Part shown: positions 15,660-24,271 of the stretch, piece by piece | Numbering within the stretch: the first letter of the stretch is position 1 | How the letters are laid out: every line of letters starts with the position of its first letter | From: a bacterium CG2_30_37_16 | Lineage (GTDB): Bacteria; Patescibacteriota; CPR2 | Assembly (NCBI GenBank): GCA_001872945.1 | Contig: MNYC01000030.1 | Span: 1 to 49,722 of the forward strand | Reading direction: 5' to 3' | Length of the DNA stretch: 49,722 nucleotides | Made by a program: the position numbers and the translations under genes | Notes under the pieces: generated by a model | Told to the model about the DNA's origin: nothing | Databases searched by the model: none | Seen by the model: only the letters and a program-made list of their open reading frames with translations

Positions 15660-16709
15660 ATGCTAAATAGATTATTTGGTTATTTTTCGCATGATATTGG
15701 CATTGATTTGGGTACGGCAAATACCCTTGTTTATGTTAAAGGCAAAGGCATTGTCATAAATGAGCCTTCAGTGGTTGCTTTAAATATAAAAACTAAGCAA
15801 ATCTTAGCCATTGGCGAAGAGGCCAAAAAAATGGTTGGCAGAACTCCGGCCAATATTGTAGCCTCAAGGCCGCTAGTTGACGGGGTCGTTTCGGATTTTG
15901 AAGTTACCGAAATCATGCTTAAATACTTTATTGATAAAGTCCACAAAGAAAGTTTTGTCCTGTTTCCTAGGCCCAGGGTTGTTGTTGGCATTCCTTCCGG
16001 TGTTACCGAAGTTGAAAAAAGAGCGGTTGAAGATGCAGCTAAAAATGCCGGCGCCAGAGAAGCTTATCTTGTTGAAGAGCCTATGGCAGCGGCCATTGGC
16101 GCCCGTCTTCCTATTCAGGAGGCGGCCGGAACAATGGTGGTTGATATCGGCGGCGGTACTACAGAAGTTGCTGTTATTTCGCTTGGCGGAGTAGTTTCCG
16201 CCAGATCCATTAGAATTGCCGGCGATGAACTAAACGAAGATATTATTCAGTATGCAAGAGACGAATTCAACCTACTGCTTGGGGAGCGTACGGCAGAAGA
16301 TATTAAGATTGCCATCGGATCGGCTTATCCTTTAGAGAAAAAATTAGAAGCGATAATGAGAGGCCGAGATTTAGTAACCGGTTTGCCGAAGGCAATACCC
16401 GTTGATAGCGACCAAATCCGTCAAGCTCTTGCAAAATCCGTCAATATTTTAATTGACGCCATTAAAATTACGATTGAAGAAACGCCGCCCGAACTTGTTG
16501 CTGACATTATGGAACAAGGTATGTTTTTAGCAGGCGGGGGAGCACTTCTTAAGGGCTTAGACCAGCTCATTACATTAACTACTAAAATGGCTGTCCATAT
16601 TGCCAACGATCCTTTAACCTGCGTTGTAAGAGGAACAGGACTGATATTAGAAGATCTTGACTCATTAAGGGGCGTATTAGTTCCAACAAATTATAATGCT
16701 CCAAGGTAA
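15660..16709 (+). CDS. mreB: Rod shape-determining actin homologue MreB
   Basis: DIGIDLGTANTLVY, EPSVVA, VVDIGGGTTEVAVISLGG, LAGGGALLKGLD. Confidence 0.95.
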   Translation: MLNRLFGYFSHDIGIDLGTANTLVYVKGKGIVINEPSVVALNIKTKQILAIGEEAKKMVGRTPANIVASRPLVDGVVSDFEVTEIMLKYFIDKVHKESFVLFPRPRVVVGIPSGVTEVEKRAVEDAAKNAGAREAYLVEEPMAAAIGARLPIQEAAGTMVVDIGGGTTEVAVISLGGVVSARSIRIAGDELNEDIIQYARDEFNLLLGERTAEDIKIAIGSAYPLEKKLEAIMRGRDLVTGLPKAIPVDSDQIRQALAKSVNILIDAIKITIEETPPELVADIMEQGMFLAGGGALLKGLDQLITLTTKMAVHIANDPLTCVVRGTGLILEDLDSLRGVLVPTNYNAPR

Positions 16710-16712
16710 AAA

Positions 16713-17495
16713 ATGAACAAAAAAAAATTGATAATAACCGCCATTAGCTGTTTTATGTTGATCCTTGTTTTGCATTACACCGGTCTTTCAAAGGGACCGG
16801 AAAGAGTAATAAAAACAGTTTTTTCACCCATTGGAATCTTTTTTTCCGGTATTGGTGAGAATTTTAAAAGCTATTCAACCGCTGTCTCAACAATTGGCGA
16901 TTTACAAAAAGACAATCAAAAACTAAAAAATAAGATTTCGACACTCATGACTGAAATTTCGACAATGGAAGAAGCAAAGAAGGAAAATGATAACTTAAAA
17001 AAGTTACTCAAATTTACACAAACAACCAAAGTAAATTATATTTCCGCTGAAGTGATATTCTATGATCCCTCCAATTTGAGACAAGCAATTATGATAAACC
17101 GAGGCAGTAAGGACGGAATTAAAAACGGAAATCCGGTAATTTCGGAAGGATATATAATCGGGCGTATTTCGGAAGTTAGTGAGACGTCTTCAAAAGTACT
17201 TTTAACAATCGACCCAGATTCAATTCTTCCGGCAGCCGTTCAGGCTACTTCTTCTACAGGACTTATAAAGGGCCAAATCGGCTTTGGTTTACTGTTGGAT
17301 AATATTCCGCAGGGTGAAAAGATCATAAAGGGCGATATTGTCATAACTTCCGGCCTGGGCGGAGAAATGCCCAGAGGTCTAATTATCGGCACTATAGATG
17401 AAGTAAATAGCCGTGATAACGGAATTTATCAGCAGGCGCGCGTCAGACCGGCTGCTAATTTAAAAAATTTAAGACAGGTTTTAATACTATACTAA
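16713..17495 (+). CDS. mreC: Rod shape-determining protein MreC
   Basis: N-terminal TM segment, coiled-coil (LQKDNQKLKNKISTL..), beta domains (GDIVITSGLGGEMPRGLIIGTI), and its position after mreB. Confidence 0.85.
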   Translation: MNKKKLIITAISCFMLILVLHYTGLSKGPERVIKTVFSPIGIFFSGIGENFKSYSTAVSTIGDLQKDNQKLKNKISTLMTEISTMEEAKKENDNLKKLLKFTQTTKVNYISAEVIFYDPSNLRQAIMINRGSKDGIKNGNPVISEGYIIGRISEVSETSSKVLLTIDPDSILPAAVQATSSTGLIKGQIGFGLLLDNIPQGEKIIKGDIVITSGLGGEMPRGLIIGTIDEVNSRDNGIYQQARVRPAANLKNLRQVLILY

Positions 17496-17496
17496 T

Positions 17497-17991
17497 ATGA
17501 AATATATAATCGCCTTATCTTTGCCAATAATTATTCTTTTTCAGCTTTCGCTTCTGGAAGGTTTTAAATATCTGCATTTCATTCCCAATTTAATTTTAGT
17601 TTTTTTTGTTTTTTTAGCTGTTTATATGGACCTAAAAAATTCGGTTATCTACGCTTTTATTATTGGGCTTACCTTGGATACTTTATCAATTAATACTTTT
17701 GGTATTTACTCAGCTTTTTATATTTTAATGGCAATCATCATAGACTTCATAAAAAAGTATATCGGAACAGCAAAAAGTTTTTCATTGGTCCTAATTTCTA
17801 CAGCCCTTTCAAGTTTGCTTTTAATTGTCATTGAATCACTAATTATTTCTTCCTTAAAGGGTTCTAATATCGGTGTGATCATGCCCATAATAAGCAGCTT
17901 GTTTTTAAGAGTTGTATCGTCAACCATGACTGTTTTCATTTTTTACCCAATATTTAATTCGATAAATATTAAGAATCCTACTTATGAATAA
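17497..17991 (+). CDS. mreD: Rod shape-determining protein MreD (polytopic membrane protein)
   Basis: 164-aa all-hydrophobic protein in the canonical mreB-mreC-mreD-PBP2 position. The call rests mainly on synteny. Confidence 0.65.
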   Translation: MKYIIALSLPIIILFQLSLLEGFKYLHFIPNLILVFFVFLAVYMDLKNSVIYAFIIGLTLDTLSINTFGIYSAFYILMAIIIDFIKKYIGTAKSFSLVLISTALSSLLLIVIESLIISSLKGSNIGVIMPIISSLFLRVVSSTMTVFIFYPIFNSINIKNPTYE

Positions 17992-19936
17992 AAAAAGAGA
18001 TTTATTCGCCGTAAATAAGGGGGTTGGCAAACAGCCCGCCAAATGGAAAATCAAAGGATCCTTGTTTCAAAGATCTGAGCGATGGATTTATGGTATTTTA
18101 CCGGCAGACGAAGAAGCGGGAAGTTATGAAGAAGAAAGGTCAGATAAGCCGCTGGCAAATTTAAAAGTCATCTTTGTCATATTGTTTGTTTTGCTAATTG
18201 TTCGGCTATATGACGTCCAAATAATGAATGGCTCTGAAAGTATTAAGAAGGCTGAGGGAAATAGAATTAGAGAAACCTTAATTAGAGCCGAAAGAGGAGC
18301 AATTTATGATCGACGGAAAATAGTTTTAGCCAAAAATATTGGTAATTGGGAAGTATCCATAATTCCCGGCGACCTGCCAAAAAAAGAAACTGACCAAAAC
18401 AAGGTTTATGAAAAATTAGCGAAAATTATTAACCAACCTTCAGCGGACATGAAGAAATTAACTCAAAAAAATGACTTAGATCCTAATCAACCGATTTTAA
18501 TTCAAAAATCAATTGACAGAGATACTTCGTTACTTCTAGAAAGCAAGATCAATGAACTTCCCGGCGTTTTTGTGTCGGTTAACCCAATAAGAGAATATGA
18601 AGATAGAACTTTGCTTAGTCATACCTTGGGCTACGTGGGAAGGATCTCGGAAAATGAGTTTAAGGAAAATAAAGACAGGGGATATCACCTAACCGATTAC
18701 ATGGGCAAAACGGGAATTGAACAGGAATATGAATCATATCTTAGAGGCAAAGATGGAGGCAAGAAAAAAGAGGTTGACGCTTCGGGAAAAATTATTAAGC
18801 TTTATGGCCAAACCGACCCGACACCCGGTAAAAATATAATCTTAAATATTGATTACGGATTGCAGCAAAAAGCTGCCGAAGCATTGCAAGCTTCAATGGA
18901 TAAGGCGAAAGTAAAAAAAGGCGCCGTAGCCATTATGAACCCTAACAATGGACAAGTCCTTTCTTTGGTAAATCTGCCATCCTACGACGGAAATCTGTTC
19001 TCTAAAGGTATATCAGAGGAAGATTATAAAAAACTGATTGATAATACAGATAATCCCTTACTTCCTAGGGCCTTGTCTGGAGAATATCCATCCGGATCTA
19101 TTATTAAGCCGCTTTTTGCAGCAGCGGCTTTGCAGGAAAGAATTATTGACAGATACACAACCGTACTTTCGACAGGAGGAATAAGCGTAGGGCAATGGAA
19201 TTTTCCGGATTGGAAAGCTGGCGGCCATGGCGTAACAAATGTAACAAAGGCGATTGCCGATTCTGTAAACACTTTCTTTTATGCAATTAGCGGGGGATTT
19301 GGAAATATTTCGGGACTCGGGCCGGAGAAAATGAAACTTTATCTCGATAAATTTGGGCTTGGCAAAGCTACCAACATAGATCTTCCCTCTGAATCCAACG
19401 GACATATACCTGATCCCGATTGGAAAAAACGGGTAATGAAAGAGGATTGGTATTTAGGCGACACTTATCATTTTGGTATTGGACAGGGGGATTTATTAGT
19501 TACTCCAATCCAAATGGCAAAAGCTATTTCTGCTATTGCCAATGGAGGAACACTTTATCAGCCGCAAATTTTAAATTCTGTTTTAGACGCCGACAATAAA
19601 ACTGTCCATAAAAAAATTGACCCCAAGATTGAAGCATCAAATTTTATCTCTAAGGAAAATATTGATATTGTTAAAGAAGGAATGAGGTTAACCATTACTT
19701 CGGGTTCGGGAAGATTTTTAAATGACCTCCCAGAACCCGTCGCCGGCAAAACCGGTACGGCGCAGTTTGGTCCTGATAATAAATACAAACATGCGTGGTT
19801 TGCCACTTTTGGGCCGTATCCAAACCCTGAAATTAGTATTGTAGTCTTACTTGAAGAAGCCGGCGAAGGATCGGAATTTGCAGCTCCGGTTGCCAAAGAA
19901 ATCTATAAATACTATTTTGCTAATAGAATGAAGTAA
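17984..19936 (+). CDS. mrdA: Penicillin-binding protein 2 (elongasome transpeptidase)
   Basis: TM anchor, PBP dimerisation region, SGSIIKP (SxxK), KTGTAQ (KTG), and synteny with mreBCD. Confidence 0.9.
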   Translation: MNKKRDLFAVNKGVGKQPAKWKIKGSLFQRSERWIYGILPADEEAGSYEEERSDKPLANLKVIFVILFVLLIVRLYDVQIMNGSESIKKAEGNRIRETLIRAERGAIYDRRKIVLAKNIGNWEVSIIPGDLPKKETDQNKVYEKLAKIINQPSADMKKLTQKNDLDPNQPILIQKSIDRDTSLLLESKINELPGVFVSVNPIREYEDRTLLSHTLGYVGRISENEFKENKDRGYHLTDYMGKTGIEQEYESYLRGKDGGKKKEVDASGKIIKLYGQTDPTPGKNIILNIDYGLQQKAAEALQASMDKAKVKKGAVAIMNPNNGQVLSLVNLPSYDGNLFSKGISEEDYKKLIDNTDNPLLPRALSGEYPSGSIIKPLFAAAALQERIIDRYTTVLSTGGISVGQWNFPDWKAGGHGVTNVTKAIADSVNTFFYAISGGFGNISGLGPEKMKLYLDKFGLGKATNIDLPSESNGHIPDPDWKKRVMKEDWYLGDTYHFGIGQGDLLVTPIQMAKAISAIANGGTLYQPQILNSVLDADNKTVHKKIDPKIEASNFISKENIDIVKEGMRLTITSGSGRFLNDLPEPVAGKTGTAQFGPDNKYKHAWFATFGPYPNPEISIVVLLEEAGEGSEFAAPVAKEIYKYYFANRMK

Positions 19937-19965
19937 AGATGCGTTTAATTTAAAAATATTTTTAC

Positions 19966-19994
19966 TTGACCGTTGGTTTTCTGACTGATATAAT
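19966..19994 (+). promoter_or_regulatory. Near-consensus sigma70 promoter of greA
   Basis: TTGACC (19966-19971), 17-nt spacer, TATAAT (19989-19994). Confidence 0.6.
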
Positions 19995-20081
19995 TTAAAC
20001 CAAGTTTCATATAAATATATATAAAGTGAGCTTTAGGGCTCGTTTTCTTATTCTTTATTTAAAAAGTTAGAGGTGATAAAA

Positions 20082-20543
20082 ATGCAAAAGAAAATTATCC
20101 TAACCAGGGAAGGCTTGGAAAAATTAAAAGCCGAGTTAAAAAAATTAAAAGAAGAAACAAGACACGAAGTTGCGATTCGGATTAAAGAAGCAAAGGAATT
20201 CGGAGATCTATCCGAAAATTCTGAATACGAAGCAGCTAAAAATCAGCAGGCATTTACGGAAGGTAAAATTGCGGAACTCGAATATATAATCAAAAACGCA
20301 ACTATCAAAGAAAAAAATAGTAATACCGGTTCCGTAGATATTGGAAGTACTGTTCATGTTGAAGTTGAGGGCGGCGCTGAAAGATTTAAAATTGTCGGCG
20401 CACACGAAGCCGATCCAATTAACGGCATGATTTCTTACGAATCTCCAATTGGAATGGCCTTAATTGGTAAGAAAACCGGCGAAGAAGTTGAGGTAACAGT
20501 GCCTGCCGGGGTAATTCGCTATAAAATAACTAATATAGAGTAA
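20082..20543 (+). CDS. greA: Transcription elongation factor GreA
   Basis: LTREGLEKLKAELKKLK...EAKEFGDLSENSEYEAAKNQQ...SPIGMALIGKKTGEEV. ATG 20082 follows SD AGAGGTGA. The track start at 20073 is an upstream in-frame GTG. Confidence 0.93.
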   Translation: MQKKIILTREGLEKLKAELKKLKEETRHEVAIRIKEAKEFGDLSENSEYEAAKNQQAFTEGKIAELEYIIKNATIKEKNSNTGSVDIGSTVHVEVEGGAERFKIVGAHEADPINGMISYESPIGMALIGKKTGEEVEVTVPAGVIRYKITNIE

Positions 20544-20550
20544 AACAAAA

Positions 20551-20571
20551 GCCCGGCTACTGCCGGGTTTT
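20551..20571 (+). terminator. Intrinsic terminator after greA
   Basis: CCCGGC-tact-GCCGGG (20552-20567) followed by TTTT. Confidence 0.6.
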
Positions 20572-20585
20572 ACAAAGAGGGTCAA

Positions 20586-22130
20586 ATGTTTTGGGCCGAC
20601 CAGTTAGCTGAAGATGTAAAAGATAAGGGATTTCAATGGATCGATGATGGCTGGACCGCATCCGGCTATGCTCATATTGGTTCTCTACGGGGATTAATTA
20701 TTCATGATGCTGTGAAAAAGGCATTGGATGCTCATAAAATTAAGTCCAATTACACTTTTATTATTGATGATTTCGACCCGATGGACGGCCTTCCTATTTA
20801 TTTGGATGCCGAAAAATATCTTCCCTATATGGGCATGCCTATGCGTTCGATACCATCAGAGATAGAAGGAAAAAGTTTGGCGGATTTTTTTGCTGAGAAT
20901 TTTATTGAAACAATGAAAATTGTTGGAGCAAAACCGGAAATGATTTCAGCCTATGAACTTTATACATCTGGCAAGATGGATAAAGCAATTAAATTGGCTC
21001 TTGATAATGCAGAAAAAATTAGAGATATCTATAAAAAAATTGGGCGTTCAGATAAAGGACATGATTGGTATCCATTTAATCCAGTCTGCCCAAAATGTGG
21101 AAAAATCGGCACAACAAAAACTATTGGATGGGACGGGAAGGAAGTTACTTTTGTTTGTGAGCCAGAAATGGTTGATTGGGCGACGGGCTGTTCTTACAAA
21201 GAAAAAATTTCTCCTTTCGGTGGAAACGGTAAACTGCCATATAAGGTTGAATGGCCAGCAAAATGGATGACAATTGGTGTTACTATTGAGGGTGAGGGCA
21301 AGGATCATTCGGCGGCAACAGGCACAAGAGACGTAGGAAACCATATAGCAAAAGAAATTTTTAATTACAAACCACCATATGATATTCCATACGAATTTTT
21401 TTTACTAGATGGCAAGAAAATGAGTGGATCAAAAGGGCTTGGCGCAAATGCTAGGGATATCGCAGAGCTTCTTCCTCCTGAAATTACACGCTTTATGATG
21501 ATCAGAAATCCTAAAAGAGCCATCGAGTTTAATCCATCAGGTGTTACAATCCCTAATCTTTTTGATGAGTATGATAAGGCAATTTTGGCGTATAATGATC
21601 CGCAAACTCATACAGACCTTGCAAAAGTAGCCGAATATTCCCAAAAAGAAGGGAAACCTTTCACCGGCTTCAGACCAAGATTTATTAAATTGGCATATTC
21701 AATCCAGCTACCAAGAGTTGATGTCTACAAGGAAGCAGAAGATGAAAAAGGCAGTCCTCTTGATGACAGCGAAAGAAATGAAATTAAAAGAAGAATAGCT
21801 TATGCGGAAAAATGGTTGACAAATTTTGCTCCGGAACAATTTAAATTTGAAGTAAGTGAAATCATTCCTCAAAATCTTTCACTATCATCTGAACAAAAAA
21901 ATTTTCTCGGTGACTTGGCTGATAAATTCAGTGAATGTGGATGGGAAGGCCAGGAAATTCATGAAATTATACATAGCACAAAAAAAATTACAAATATTAA
22001 TCCGAAAGATGCCTTTAGCGCTATTTATTTCATATTTTTAGGTAAAGATTTTGGCCCTCAAGCTGGCTGGTTTCTGAGTTCATTGGAAAGGGATTTTGTA
22101 TTAAATAGGATATCTGAAGCCATAAAATAG
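20586..22130 (+). CDS. lysK: Class I lysyl-tRNA synthetase
   Basis: SGYAHIGSLRG (HIGH-like), KMSGSKG (KMSKS), with length and layout typical of archaeal-type class I LysRS. There is no class II motif. Confidence 0.88.
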   Translation: MFWADQLAEDVKDKGFQWIDDGWTASGYAHIGSLRGLIIHDAVKKALDAHKIKSNYTFIIDDFDPMDGLPIYLDAEKYLPYMGMPMRSIPSEIEGKSLADFFAENFIETMKIVGAKPEMISAYELYTSGKMDKAIKLALDNAEKIRDIYKKIGRSDKGHDWYPFNPVCPKCGKIGTTKTIGWDGKEVTFVCEPEMVDWATGCSYKEKISPFGGNGKLPYKVEWPAKWMTIGVTIEGEGKDHSAATGTRDVGNHIAKEIFNYKPPYDIPYEFFLLDGKKMSGSKGLGANARDIAELLPPEITRFMMIRNPKRAIEFNPSGVTIPNLFDEYDKAILAYNDPQTHTDLAKVAEYSQKEGKPFTGFRPRFIKLAYSIQLPRVDVYKEAEDEKGSPLDDSERNEIKRRIAYAEKWLTNFAPEQFKFEVSEIIPQNLSLSSEQKNFLGDLADKFSECGWEGQEIHEIIHSTKKITNINPKDAFSAIYFIFLGKDFGPQAGWFLSSLERDFVLNRISEAIK

Positions 22131-22210
22131 TAATTATCTAAAAATCTCTTAATTAACCTTTATATTGGACCATTTTTTTGATATTATACTTACATTAGAA
22201 GGAAAGCTTT

Positions 22211-23515
22211 ATGTTGGATATTAAATTTATTCGCGAAAATGTGGATTTAGTTAAAAACGCAGCTAAAATAAAAGAAATCGATGTTGATATCGATAAACTT
22301 TTGGGGTTAGACAAAAAAAGGGTTGAACTCATAAAGAAAATCGATGACTTAAGGTCTGAGAGAAAATCCGAGAAAAAACCGTCAAAAGAAGAAATTGAAA
22401 AAATAAGGAAAATAAAAGAAGAATTAGCAGGGAAAGAAGAAAATTTAAGAAAAATTCAGGTCGAATATGACGATTTAATGTTTAGAGTACCCAATATTCC
22501 GTCTCCAGATAGTCCGGTTGGTGATGAATCAGCCAACAAAGAAGTATCAAGGTGGGGAGAAATACCCAAATTTGAATTTCCCATTTTAGATCATGTTGAA
22601 CTTGCCAAGAACTTAGATTTAATAGATTTCGAACAAGGAACTAATGTTTCCGGCTTTAGAGGATATTATCTAAAAAACGAAGCTGTGCTTTTACAAATGG
22701 CTCTTATGTGGATGGCTTTAGACAAATTAAGACGAAAAGGCTTTACGCTTATGATACCGCCAACCTTGGTTAGAGAATTTGCATTAACCGGAAGCGGTCA
22801 ATTTCCTTTTGCCAAAACGGAAACATACCAGGTAGCAAATGCGGGAACCGATAAAGATGAATGTTTAAAAGACCCCTTGTACCTTGTGGGTACCGCTGAG
22901 CCGTCTTTACTTGCATACAATGCTAATAAAATTTTGAATGTGGAAGACTTGCCAATAAAATTATGCGGTTTTTCACAATGCTACAGATCGGAAGTGGGCA
23001 GCTACGGAAAAGATACGAGAGGCGCATACAGAGTTCACGAATTTATGAAAGTGGAGCAGGTTATTCTTTGTAAAGCTGATTTGGAAGAGTCGCAAAAATG
23101 GCTAGAACAACTCAGGGAAACAGCCGAAGAAATGCTTACGGATCTTGGATTGCCGCATAGAGTTCTGTCCATTGCAACCGGAGACATGGGTGCCGGAAAA
23201 TATGCTATGTATGACATTGAAACATGGATGCCCGCAAGAAACGCATATGGAGAGACCCATTCCGACTCAAATTTTACGGACTGGCAAACAAGAAGGCTAA
23301 ATATCAGATATAAAACAAAAGAGGGCAAGTTGGTTCATCCATATGCCTTAAATAACACCATGATCGCTTCCCCCAGAATATTAATTGCGCTTTTCGAAAA
23401 TTATCAGCAAAAAGACGGTAGCATCAATATCCCTGAAGCATTGGTAAAATATTTAGGTTTTGATAAAATTGTAAAAAAAAGGAGGAAAGTTAATGAACAT
23501 TTCAATTACCGGTAA
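22211..23515 (+). CDS. serS: Seryl-tRNA synthetase
   Basis: MLDIKFIREN, an N-terminal coiled-coil arm, CYRSEVGSYGKDTRGAYRVHEF, GETHSDSNFTDWQTRRL, LNNTMIASPR. Confidence 0.95.
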   Translation: MLDIKFIRENVDLVKNAAKIKEIDVDIDKLLGLDKKRVELIKKIDDLRSERKSEKKPSKEEIEKIRKIKEELAGKEENLRKIQVEYDDLMFRVPNIPSPDSPVGDESANKEVSRWGEIPKFEFPILDHVELAKNLDLIDFEQGTNVSGFRGYYLKNEAVLLQMALMWMALDKLRRKGFTLMIPPTLVREFALTGSGQFPFAKTETYQVANAGTDKDECLKDPLYLVGTAEPSLLAYNANKILNVEDLPIKLCGFSQCYRSEVGSYGKDTRGAYRVHEFMKVEQVILCKADLEESQKWLEQLRETAEEMLTDLGLPHRVLSIATGDMGAGKYAMYDIETWMPARNAYGETHSDSNFTDWQTRRLNIRYKTKEGKLVHPYALNNTMIASPRILIALFENYQQKDGSINIPEALVKYLGFDKIVKKRRKVNEHFNYR

Positions 23516-23843
23516 AGATTTTGAATTAACAGATTCTCTTGAAAATTTCGTAAAAGAGAAGGCAAATAAGCTTTCTAAATACGACCCAAGGATAAACAGG
23601 GTTCAGGTAATTTTGTCGGTTGACGATGGTCATCACAAAAAAGGCCAAATTAATATGGCGGAAATTATTATAGATAGGCCAGGCAAGGATATCGTAGTTA
23701 AGGAATCGGGAGATGAAATGCATGCCGCTATCGACATTGCTATGGAAAAAGCAAAAAAAGCTATAGAAAAGCAAAAAGGGGATAAAATTTCTCGCGGTAA
23801 ATATCGAGAAATTATAAAAGGTATTTTAACTAGGAGGAAGTAA
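23493..23843 (+). CDS. hpf: Ribosome hibernation promoting factor / RaiA family (short form)
   Basis: MNISITGKDFELTDSLENFVKEKANKLSKY...VQVILSV...AEIII...DMHAAIDIAMEKAKK. AGGAGG SD lies inside the serS 3' end. Confidence 0.88.
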   Translation: MNISITGKDFELTDSLENFVKEKANKLSKYDPRINRVQVILSVDDGHHKKGQINMAEIIIDRPGKDIVVKESGDEMHAAIDIAMEKAKKAIEKQKGDKISRGKYREIIKGILTRRK

Positions 23844-24244
23844 TGGATGAAGAAATAAATGAATTAAATAACTCTGCCGCAACGCAAGCAAATGAACCGA
23901 CTGCCCAACCCGCCATCCCGGATGACCAGAATGATCCCGAAACGGCAGTAATGGCAGATAACGCAATTAATTTTGCCCCAATTGCCGGTGATGACAAACC
24001 AACGCCGCGAATTGAAGATTACGAAGCAACCTCGGCTTCTACAATTGAGCAAATGGCTGCGGCTCAAGCGACGGATACTGGAAAAGAGACCATAGCAGCG
24101 ACTCCGCCACCCTCAAACACACCAGAACCACCGATGACAACTGATAACGGCCCAATCTACGTAGATATAAACGCATATGAAAACAGTTACAAAATGGCTC
24201 AGTCCGATGATTTGAAAGTTGATACCTTAACCGGCGAAGCATAA
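23843..24244 (+). CDS. Hypothetical acidic, Pro/Thr/Ala-rich (likely disordered) protein
   Basis: 133-aa ORF whose ATG overlaps the hpf stop (TAATG). Low-complexity composition and no recognisable family. Confidence 0.5.
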   Translation: MDEEINELNNSAATQANEPTAQPAIPDDQNDPETAVMADNAINFAPIAGDDKPTPRIEDYEATSASTIEQMAAAQATDTGKETIAATPPPSNTPEPPMTTDNGPIYVDINAYENSYKMAQSDDLKVDTLTGEA

Positions 24245-24271
24245 ATATAATTTTTAGGAGCTTAAGACTTA

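Noticed and set aside
20026-20050. Hairpin plus U-rich tract in the greA leader, reminiscent of the premature-termination sRNA described for E. coli greA.
   Set aside because: The stem is only 4 bp (GAGC/GCTC) with a 6-nt loop, which is too weak to call a terminator by eye.
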